Below are positions 12,801-24,800 of a stretch of 64,000 nt of DNA, one piece after another; within the stretch, counting starts at the first letter, position 1, and each line of letters begins with the position of its first letter. Under the pieces are notes generated by a model, which saw only the letters and a program-made list of their open reading frames with translations, made no database searches and was not told the origin of the DNA. This DNA comes from the human T2T-CHM13v2.0 reference genome, Homo sapiens, in the NCBI RefSeq assembly GCF_009914755.1, contig NC_060931.1. The stretch is one strand, 5' to 3'. The translations under genes were made by a program, and so were the position numbers.

Positions 12801-15800
12801 GTGTGCATTCAACTCACAGAGTGGAACGTCCCTTTAGACAGAGCAGATTTGAAACACTCTTTTTGCGGAATTTGCAAGTGGAGATTTCTAGCCATTTGAT
12901 GCCAACAGTAGAAAGGGAAATATCTTCAAATAAAAACCAGACAGAATCATTCTCAGAAAATTCTTTGTGATGTGTGCGTTCAACTCACATAGTTTAACCT
13001 TTCTTTTCATAGAGCAGTTTGGAAACACTCTGTTTGTAAAGTCTGCAAGTGGATATATGGACCGCATTGAGGCCTTCGTTGGAAACGGGATTTCTTCATT
13101 TCATGCTAGACAGAAGAATTCTCAGTAACTTCTTTGTGCTGTGTGTATTCAACTCACAGAGTGGAACGTCCCTTTGCACAGAGCAGATTTGAAACACTCT
13201 TTTTGTGGAGTTTGCAAGTGGAGATTTCAAGCGATTTGATGCCAACAGTAGAAAAGGAAATATCTTCAAATAAAAACTAGACAGAATCATTCTCAGAAAC
13301 TACTTTGTGATGTGTGCCTTCAACTCACAGAGTTTAACCTTTCTTTTCTTAGAGCAGTTTAGAAACACTCTGCTTGTTATGTCTGCAAGTGGATATTTGG
13401 ACCTCTTTGAGGCCTTCGTTGCAAACGGGGTTTCTTCCTTTCATGCTAGACTAAGAAGAGTTCTCAGTAACTTTTTTGTGTTGTGTGTATTCAACTCACA
13501 GAGTTGAACCTTGCTTTAGAGAGAGCAGATTTGAAACACTCTTGCTGTGGCATTTTCAGGTGGAGATTTCAAGCGATTTGAGGACAATTGCAGAAAAGGA
13601 AATATCTTCGTATAATAACCAGACAGAATCATTCTCAGAAAGTGCTTTGTGATGTGTGCGTTCAACTCACAGAGTTTAACCTTTCTTTTCATAGAGGAGT
13701 TTGGAAACACACTGTTTGTAAAGTCTGCAAGTGGATATATGGACCTGTTTGAGGCCTTCGTTGGAAACGGGATTTCTTCATTGAATGCTAGACGGAAGAA
13801 TTCTCAGTAAATTCTTTGTGTTGTGTGCATTCAACTCACAGAGTGGAACGTCCCTTTAGACAGAGCAGATTTGAAACACTCTTTTTGCGGAATTTGCAAG
13901 TGGAGATTTCTAGCCATTTGATGCCAACAGTAGAAAGGGAAATATCTTCAAATAAAAACCAGACAGAATCATTCTCAGAAAATTCTTTGTGATGTGTGCG
14001 TTCAACTCACATAGTTTAACCTTTCTTTTCATAGAGCAGTTTGGAAACACTCTGTTTGTAAAGTCTGCAAGTGGATATATGGACCGCATTGAGGCCTTCG
14101 TTGGAAACGGGATTTCTTCATTTCATGCTAGACAGAAGAATTCTCAGTAACTTCTTTGTGCTGTGTGTATTCAACTCACAGAGTGGAACGTCCCTTTGCA
14201 CAGAGCAGATTTGAAACACTCTTTTTGTGGAGTTTGCAAGTGGAGATTTCAAGCGATTTGATGCCAACAGTAGAAAAGGAAATATCTTCAAATAAAAACT
14301 AGACAGAATCATTCTCAGAAACTACTTTGTGATGTGTGCCTTCAACTCACAGAGTTTAACCTTTCTTTTCTTAGAGCAGTTTAGAAACACTCTGCTTGTT
14401 CCGTCTGCAAGTGGATATTTGGACCTCTTTGAGGCCTTCGTTGCAAACCGGGTTTCTTCCTTTCATGCTAGACTAAGAAGAGTTCTCACTAACTTTTTTG
14501 TGTTGTGTGTATTCAACTCACAGAGTTGAACCTTGCTTTAGAGAGAGCAGATTTGAAACACTCTTGCTGTGGCATTTTCAGGTGGAGATTTCAAGCGATT
14601 TGAGGACAATTGCAGAAAAGGAAATATCTTCGTATAATAACCAGACAGAATCATTCTCAGAAAGTGCTTTGTGATGTGTGCGTTCAACTCACAGAGTTTA
14701 ACCTTTCTTTTCATAGAGGAGTTTGGAAACACACTGTTTGTAAAGTCTGCAAGTGGATATATGGACCTGTTTGAGGCCTTCGTTGGAAACGGGATTTCTT
14801 CATTGAATGCTAGACGGAAGAATTCTCAGTAAATTCTTTGCGTTGTGTGCATTCAACTCACAGAGTGGAACGTCCCTTTAGACAGAGCAGATTTGAAACA
14901 CTCTTTTTGCGGAATTTGCAAGTGGAGATTTCTAGCCATTTGATGCCAACAGTAGAAAGGGAAATATCTTCAAATAAAAACCAGACAGAATCATTCTCAG
15001 AAAATTCTTTGTGATGTGTGCGTTCAACTCACATAGTTTAACCTTTCTTTTCATAGAGCAGTTTGGAAACACTCTGTTTGTAAAGTCTGCAAGTGGATAT
15101 ATGGACCGCATTGAGGCCTTCGTTGGAAACGGGATTTCTTCATTTCATGCTAGACAGAAGAATTCTCAGTAACTTCTTTGTGCTGTGTGTATTCAACTCA
15201 CAGAGTGGAACGTCCCTTTGCACAGAGCAGATTTGAAACACTCTTTTTGTGGAGTTTGCAAGTGGAGATTTCAAGCGATTTGATGCCAACAGTAGAAAAG
15301 GAAATATCTTCAAATAAAAACTAGACAGAATCATTCTCAGAAACTACTTTGTGATGTGTGCCTTCAACTCACAGAGTTTAACCTTTCTTTTCTTAGAGCA
15401 GTTTAGAAACACTCTGCTTGTTCCGTCTGCAAGTGGATATTTGGACCTCTTTGAGGCCTTCGTTGCAAACCGGGTTTCTTCCTTTCATGCTAGACTAAGA
15501 AGAGTTCTCACTAACTTTTTTGTGTTGTGTGTATTCAACTCACAGAGTTGAACCTTGCTTTAGAGAGAGCAGATTTGAAACACTCTTGCTGTGGCATTTT
15601 CAGGTGGAGATTTCAAGCGATTTGAGGACAATTGCAGAAAAGGAAATATCTTCGTATAATAACCAGACAGAATCATTCTCAGAAAGTGCTTTGTGATGTG
15701 TGCGTTCAACTCACAGAGTTTAACCTTTCTTTTCATAGAGGAGTTTGGAAACACACTGTTTGTAAAGTCTGCAAGTGGATATATGGACCTGTTTGAGGCC

Positions 15801-18800
15801 TTCGTTGGAAACGGGATTTCTTCATTGAATGCTAGACGGAAGAATTCTCAGTAAATTCTTTGTGTTGTGTGCATTCAACTCACAGAGTGGAACGTCCCTT
15901 TAGACAGAGCAGATTTGAAACACTCTTTTTGCGGAATTTGCAAGTGGAGATTTCTAGCCATTTGATGCCAACAGTAGAAAGGGAAATATCTTCAAATAAA
16001 AACCAGACAGAATCATTCTCAGAAAATTCTTTGTGATGTGTGCGTTCAACTCACATAGTTTAACCTTTCTTTTCATAGAGCAGTTTGGAAACACTCTGTT
16101 TGTAAAGTCTGCAAGTGGATATATGGACCGCATTGAGGCCTTCGTTGGAAACGGGATTTCTTCATTTCATGCTAGACAGAAGAATTCTCAGTAACTTCTT
16201 TGTGCTGTGTGTATTCAACTCACAGAGTGGAACGTCCCTTTGCACAGAGCAGATTTGAAACACTCTTTTTGTGGAGTTTGCAAGTGGAGATTTCAAGCGA
16301 TTTGATGCCAACAGTAGAAAAGGAAATATCTTCAAATAAAAACTAGACAGAATCATTCTCAGAATCTACTTTGTGATGTGTGCCTTCAACTCACAGAGTT
16401 TAACCTTTCTTTTCTTAGAGCAGTTTAGAAACACTCTGCTTGTTATGTCTGCAAGTGGATATTTGGACCTCTTTGAGGCCTTCGTTGCAAACGGGGTTTC
16501 TTCCTTTCATGCTAGACTAAGAAGAGTTCTCAGTAACTTTTTTGTGTTGTGTGTATTCAACTCACAGAGTTGAACCTTGCTTTAGAGAGAGCAGATTTGA
16601 AACACTCTTGCTGTGGCATTTTCAGGTGGAGATTTCAAGCGATTTGAGGACAATTGCAGAAAAGGAAATATCTTCGTATAATAACCAGACAGAATCATTC
16701 TCAGAAAGTGCTTTGTGATGTGTGCGTTCAACTCACAGAGTTTAACCTTTCTTTTCATAGAGGAGTTTGGAAACACACTGTTTGTAAAGTCTGCAAGTGG
16801 ATATATGGACCTGTTTGAGGCCTTCGTTGGAAACGGGATTTCTTCATTGAATGCTAGACGGAAGAATTCTCAGTAAATTCTTTGTGTTGTGTGCATTCAA
16901 CTCACAGAGTGGAACGTCCCTTTAGACAGAGCAGATTTGAAACACTCTTTTTGCGGAATTTGCAAGTGGAGATTTCTAGCCATTTGATGCCAACAGTAGA
17001 AAGGGAAATATCTTCAAATAAAAACCAGACAGAATCATTCTCAGAAAATTCTTTGTGATGTGTGCGTTCAACTCACATAGTTTAACCTTTCTTTTCATAG
17101 AGCAGTTTGGAAACACTCTGTTTGTAAAGTCTGCAAGTGGATATATGGACCGCATTGAGGCCTTCGTTGGAAACGGGATTTCTTCATTTCATGCTAGACA
17201 GAAGAATTCTCAGTAACTTCTTTGTGCTGTGTGTATTCAACTCACAGAGTGGAACGTCCCTTTGCACAGAGCAGATTTGAAACACTCTTTTTGTGGAGTT
17301 TGCAAGTGGAGATTTCAAGCGATTTGATGCCAACAGTAGAAAAGGAAATATCTTCAAATAAAAACTAGACAGAATCATTCTCAGAATCTACTTTGTGATG
17401 TGTGCCTTCAACTCACAGAGTTTAACCTTTCTTTTCTTAGAGCAGTTTAGAAACACTCTGCTTGTTATGTCTGCAAGTGGATATTTGGACCTCTTTGAGG
17501 CCTTCGTTGCAAACGGGGTTTCTTCCTTTCATGCTAGACTAAGAAGAGTTCTCAGTAACTTTTTTGTGTTGTGTGTATTCAACTCACAGAGTTGAACCTT
17601 GCTTTAGAGAGAGCAGATTTGAAACACTCTTGCTGTGGCATTTTCAGGTGGAGATTTCAAGCGATTTGAGGACAATTGCAGAAAAGGAAATATCTTCGTA
17701 TAATAACCAGACAGAATCATTCTCAGAAAGTGCTTTGTGATGTGTGCGTTCAACTCACAGAGTTTAACCTTTCTTTTCATAGAGGAGTTTGGAAACACAC
17801 TGTTTGTAAAGTCTGCAAGTGGATATATGGACCTGTTTGAGGCCTTCGTTGGAAACGGGATTTCTTCATTGAATGCTAGACGGAAGAATTCTCAGTAAAT
17901 TCTTTGTGTTGTGTGCATTCAACTCACAGAGTGGAACGTCCCTTTAGACAGAGCAGATTTGAAACACTCTTTTTGCGGAATTTGCAAGTGGAGATTTCTA
18001 GCCATTTGATGCCAACAGTAGAAAGGGAAATATCTTCAAATAAAAACCAGACAGAATCATTCTCAGAAAATTCTTTGTGATGTGTGCGTTCAACTCACAT
18101 AGTTTAACCTTTCTTTTCATAGAGCAGTTTGGAAACACTCTGTTTGTAAAGTCTGCAAGTGGATATATGGACCGCATTGAGGCCTTCGTTGGAAACGGGA
18201 TTTCTTCATTTCATGCTAGACAGAAGAATTCTCAGTAACTTCTTTGTGCTGTGTGTATTCAACTCACAGAGTGGAACGTCCCTTTGCACAGAGCAGATTT
18301 GAAACACTCTTTTTGTGGAGTTTGCAAGTGGAGATTTCAAGCGATTTGATGCCAACAGTAGAAAAGGAAATATCTTCAAATAAAAACTAGACAGAATCAT
18401 TCTCAGAAACTACTTTGTGATGTGTGCCTTCAACTCACAGAGTTTAACCTTTCTTTTCTTAGAGCAGTTTAGAAACACTCTGCTTGTTATGTCTGCAAGT
18501 GGATATTTGGACCTCTTTGAGGCCTTCGTTGCAAACGGGGTTTCTTCCTTTCATGCTAGACTAAGAAGAGTTCTCAGTAACTTTTTTGTGTTGTGTGTAT
18601 TCAACTCACAGAGTTGAACCTTGCTTTAGAGAGAGCAGATTTGAAACACTCTTGCTGTGGCATTTTCAGGTGGAGATTTCAAGCGATTTGAGGACAATTG
18701 CAGAAAAGGAAATATCTTCGTATAATAACCAGACAGAATCATTCTCAGAAAGTGCTTTGTGATGTGTGCGTTCAACTCACAGAGTTTAACCTTTCTTTTC

Positions 18801-21800
18801 ATAGAGGAGTTTGGAAACACACTGTTTGTAAAGTCTGCAAGTGGATATATGGACCTGTTTGAGGCCTTCGTTGGAAACGGGATTTCTTCATTGAATGCTA
18901 GACGGAAGAATTCTCAGTAAATTCTTTGTGTTGTGTGCATTCAACTCACAGAGTGGAACGTCCCTTTAGACAGAGCAGATTTGAAACACTCTTTTTGCGG
19001 AATTTGCAAGTGGAGATTTCTAGCCATTTGATGCCAACAGTAGAAAGGGAAATATCTTCAAATAAAAACCAGACAGAATCATTCTCAGAAAATTCTTTGT
19101 GATGTGTGCGTTCAACTCACATAGTTTAACCTTTCTTTTCATAGAGCAGTTTGGAAACACTCTGTTTGTAAAGTCTGCAAGTGGATATATGGACCGCATT
19201 GAGGCCTTCGTTGGAAACGGGATTTCTTCATTTCATGCTAGACAGAAGAATTCTCAGTAACTTCTTTGTGCTGTGTGTATTCAACTCACAGAGTGGAACG
19301 TCCCTTTGCACAGAGCAGATTTGAAACACTCTTTTTGTGGAGTTTGCAAGTGGAGATTTCAAGCGATTTGATGCCAACAGTAGAAAAGGAAATATCTTCA
19401 AATAAAAACTAGACAGAATCATTCTCAGAATCTACTTTGTGATGTGTGCCTTCAACTCACAGAGTTTAACCTTTCTTTTCTTAGAGCAGTTTAGAAACAC
19501 TCTGCTTGTTATGTCTGCAAGTGGATATTTGGACCTCTTTGAGGCCTTCGTTGCAAACGGGGTTTCTTCCTTTCATGCTAGACTAAGAAGAGTTCTCAGT
19601 AACTTTTTTGTGTTGTGTGTATTCAACTCACAGAGTTGAACCTTGCTTTAGAGAGAGCAGATTTGAAACACTCTTGCTGTGGCATTTTCAGGTGGAGATT
19701 TCAAGCGATTTGAGGACAATTGCAGAAAAGGAAATATCTTCGTATAATAACCAGACAGAATCATTCTCAGAAAGTGCTTTGTGATGTGTGCGTTCAACTC
19801 ACAGAGTTTAACCTTTCTTTTCATAGAGGAGTTTGGAAACACACTGTTTGTAAAGTCTGCAAGTGGATATATGGACCTGTTTGAGGCCTTCGTTGGAAAC
19901 GGGATTTCTTCATTGAATGCTAGACGGAAGAATTCTCAGTAAATTCTTTGTGTTGTGTGCATTCAACTCACAGAGTGGAACGTCCCTTTAGACAGAGCAG
20001 ATTTGAAACACTCTTTTTGCGGAATTTGCAAGTGGAGATTTCTAGCCATTTGATGCCAACAGTAGAAAGGGAAATATCTTCAAATAAAAACCAGACAGAA
20101 TCATTCTCAGAAAATTCTTTGTGATGTGTGCGTTCAACTCACATAGTTTAACCTTTCTTTTCATAGAGCAGTTTGGAAACACTCTGTTTGTAAAGTCTGC
20201 AAGTGGATATATGGACCGCATTGAGGCCTTCGTTGGAAACGGGATTTCTTCATTTCATGCTAGACAGAAGAATTCTCAGTAACTTCTTTGTGCTGTGTGT
20301 ATTCAACTCACAGAGTGGAACGTCCCTTTGCACAGAGCAGATTTGAAACACTCTTTTTGTGGAGTTTGCAAGTGGAGATTTCAAGCGATTTGATGCCAAC
20401 AGTAGAAAAGGAAATATCTTCAAATAAAAACTAGACAGAATCATTCTCAGAAACTACTTTGTGATGTGTGCCTTCAACTCACAGAGTTTAACCTTTCTTT
20501 TCTTAGAGCAGTTTAGAAACACTCTGCTTGTTATGTCTGCAAGTGGATATTTGGACCTCTTTGAGGCCTTCGTTGCAAACGGGGTTTCTTCCTTTCATGC
20601 TAGACTAAGAAGAGTTCTCAGTAACTTTTTTGTGTTGTGTGTATTCAACTCACAGAGTTGAACCTTGCTTTAGAGAGAGCAGATTTGAAACACTCTTGCT
20701 GTGGCATTTTCAGGTGGAGATTTCAAGCGATTTGAGGACAATTGCAGAAAAGGAAATATCTTCGTATAATAACCAGACAGAATCATTCTCAGAAAGTGCT
20801 TTGTGATGTGTGCGTTCAACTCACAGAGTTTAACCTTTCTTTTCATAGAGGAGTTTGGAAACACACTGTTTGTAAAGTCTGCAAGTGGATATATGGACCT
20901 GTTTGAGGCCTTCGTTGGAAACGGGATTTCTTCATTGAATGCTAGACGGAAGAATTCTCAGTAAATTCTTTGTGTTGTGTGCATTCAACTCACAGAGTGG
21001 AACGTCCCTTTAGACAGAGCAGATTTGAAACACTCTTTTTGCGGAATTTGCAAGTGGAGATTTCTAGCCATTTGATGCCAACAGTAGAAAGGGAAATATC
21101 TTCAAATAAAAACCAGACAGAATCATTCTCAGAAAATTCTTTGTGATGTGTGCGTTCAACTCACATAGTTTAACCTTTCTTTTCATAGAGCAGTTTGGAA
21201 ACACTCTGTTTGTAAAGTCTGCAAGTGGATATATGGACCGCATTGAGGCCTTCGTTGGAAACGGGATTTCTTCATTTCATGCTAGACAGAAGAATTCTCA
21301 GTAACTTCTTTGTGCTGTGTGTATTCAACTCACAGAGTGGAACGTCCCTTTGCACAGAGCAGATTTGAAACACTCTTTTTGTGGAGTTTGCAAGTGGAGA
21401 TTTCAAGCGATTTGATGCCAACAGTAGAAAAGGAAATATCTTCAAATAAAAACTAGACAGAATCATTCTCAGAAACTACTTTGTGATGTGTGCCTTCAAC
21501 TCACAGAGTTTAACCTTTCTTTTCTTAGAGCAGTTTAGAAACACTCTGCTTGTTATGTCTGCAAGTGGATATTTGGACCTCTTTGAGGCCTTCGTTGCAA
21601 ACGGGGTTTCTTCCTTTCATGCTAGACTAAGAAGAGTTCTCAGTAACTTTTTTGTGTTGTGTGTATTCAACTCACAGAGTTGAACCTTGCTTTAGAGAGA
21701 GCAGATTTGAAACACTCTTGCTGTGGCATTTTCAGGTGGAGATTTCAAGCGATTTGAGGACAATTGCAGAAAAGGAAATATCTTCGTATAATAACCAGAC

Positions 21801-24800
21801 AGAATCATTCTCAGAAAGTGCTTTGTGATGTGTGCGTTCAACTCACAGAGTTTAACCTTTCTTTTCATAGAGGAGTTTGGAAACACACTGTTTGTAAAGT
21901 CTGCAAGTGGATATATGGACCTGTTTGAGGCCTTCGTTGGAAACGGGATTTCTTCATTGAATGCTAGACGGAAGAATTCTCAGTAAATTCTTTGTGTTGT
22001 GTGCATTCAACTCACAGAGTGGAACGTCCCTTTAGACAGAGCAGATTTGAAACACTCTTTTTGCGGAATTTGCAAGTGGAGATTTCTAGCCATTTGATGC
22101 CAACAGTAGAAAGGGAAATATCTTCAAATAAAAACCAGACAGAATCATTCTCAGAAAATTCTTTGTGATGTGTGCGTTCAACTCACATAGTTTAACCTTT
22201 CTTTTCATAGAGCAGTTTGGAAACACTCTGTTTGTAAAGTCTGCAAGTGGATATATGGACCGCATTGAGGCCTTCGTTGGAAACGGGATTTCTTCATTTC
22301 ATGCTAGACAGAAGAATTCTCAGTAACTTCTTTGTGCTGTGTGTATTCAACTCACAGAGTGGAACGTCCCTTTGCACAGAGCAGATTTGAAACACTCTTT
22401 TTGTGGAGTTTGCAAGTGGAGATTTCAAGCGATTTGATGCCAACAGTAGAAAAGGAAATATCTTCAAATAAAAACTAGACAGAATCATTCTCAGAAACTA
22501 CTTTGTGATGTGTGCCTTCAACTCACAGAGTTTAACCTTTCTTTTCTTAGAGCAGTTTAGAAACACTCTGCTTGTTCCGTCTGCAAGTGGATATTTGGAC
22601 CTCTTTGAGGCCTTCGTTGCAAACGGGGTTTCTTCCTTTCATGCTAGACTAAGAAGAGTTCTCAGTAACTTTTTTGTGTTGTGTGTATTCAACTCACAGA
22701 GTTGAACCTTGCTTTAGAGAGAGCAGATTTGAAACACTCTTGCTGTGGCATTTTCAGGTGGAGATTTCAAGCGATTTGAGGACAATTGCAGAAAAGGAAA
22801 TATCTTCGTATAATAACCAGACAGAATCATTCTCAGAAAGTGCTTTGTGATGTGTGCGTTCAACTCACAGAGTTTAACCTTTCTTTTCATAGAGGAGTTT
22901 GGAAACACACTGTTTGTAAAGTCTGCAAGTGGATATATGGACCTGTTTGAGGCCTTCGTTGGAAACGGGATTTCTTCATTGAATGCTAGACGGAAGAATT
23001 CTCAGTAAATTCTTTGTGTTGTGTGCATTCAACTCACAGAGTGGAACGTCCCTTTAGACAGAGCAGATTTGAAACACTCTTTTTGCGGAATTTGCAAGTG
23101 GAGATTTCTAGCCATTTGATGCCAACAGTAGAAAGGGAAATATCTTCAAATAAAAACCAGACAGAATCATTCTCAGAAAATTCTTTGTGATGTGTGCGTT
23201 CAACTCACATAGTTTAACCTTTCTCTTCATAGAGCAGTTTGGAAACACTCTGTTTGTAAAGTCTGCAAGTGGATATATGGACCGCATTGAGGCCTTCGTT
23301 GGAAACGGGATTTCTTCATTTCATGCTAGACAGAAGAATTCTCAGTAACTTCTTTGTGCTGTGTGTATTCAACTCACAGAGTGGAACGTCCCTTTGCACA
23401 GAGCAGATTTGAAACACTCTTTTTGTGGAGTTTGCAAGTGGAGATTTCAAGCGATTTGATGCCAACAGTAGAAAAGGAAATATCTTCAAATAAAAACTAG
23501 ACAGAATCATTCTCAGAAACTACTTTGTGATGTGTGCCTTCAACTCACAGAGTTTAACCTTTCTTTTCTTAGAGCAGTTTAGAAACACTCTGCTTGTTAT
23601 GTCTGCAAGTGGATATTTGGACCTCTTTGAGGCCTTCGTTGCAAACGGGGTTTCTTCCTTTCATGCTAGACTAAGAAGAGTTCTCAGTAACTTTTTTGTG
23701 TTGTGTGTATTCAACTCACAGAGTTGAACCTTGCTTTAGAGAGAGCAGATTTGAAACACTCTTGCTGTGGCATTTTCAGGTGGAGATTTCAAGCGATTTG
23801 AGGACAATTGCAGAAAAGGAAATATCTTCGTATAATAACCAGACAGAATCATTCTCAGAAAGTGCTTTGTGATGTGTGCGTTCAACTCACAGAGTTTAAC
23901 CTTTCTTTTCATAGAGGAGTTTGGAAACACACTGTTTGTAAAGTCTGCAAGTGGATATATGGACCTGTTTGAGGCCTTCGTTGGAAACGGGATTTCTTCA
24001 TTGAATGCTAGACGGAAGAATTCTCAGTAAATTCTTTGTGTTGTGTGCATTCAACTCACAGAGTGGAACGTCCCTTTAGACAGAGCAGATTTGAAACACT
24101 CTTTTTGCGGAATTTGCAAGTGGAGATTTCTAGCCATTTGATGCCAACAGTAGAAAGGGAAATATCTTCAAATAAAAACCAGACAGAATCATTCTCAGAA
24201 AATTCTTTGTGATGTGTGCGTTCAACTCACATAGTTTAACCTTTCTTTTCATAGAGCAGTTTGGAAACACTCTGTTTGTAAAGTCTGCAAGTGGATATAT
24301 GGACCGCATTGAGGCCTTCGTTGGAAACGGGATTTCTTCATTTCATGCTAGACAGAAGAATTCTCAGTAACTTCTTTGTGCTGTGTGTATTCAACTCACA
24401 GAGTGGAACGTCCCTTTGCACAGAGCAGATTTGAAACACTCTTTTTTTGGAGTTTGCAAGTGGAGATTTCAAGCGATTTGATGCCAACAGTAGAAAAGGA
24501 AATATCTTCAAATAAAAACTAGACAGAATCATTCTCAGAAACTACTTTGTGATGTGTGCCTTCAACTCACAGAGTTTAACCTTTCTTTTCTTAGAGCAGT
24601 TTAGAAACACTCTGCTTGTTATGTCTGCAAGTGGATATTTGGACCTCTTTGAGGCCTTCGTTGCAAACGGGGTTTCTTCCTTTCATGCTAGACTAAGAAG
24701 AGTTCTCAGTAACTTTTTTGTGTTGTGTGTATTCAACTCACAGAGTTGAACCTTGCTTTAGAGAGAGCAGATTTGAAACACTCTTGCTGTGGCATTTTCA

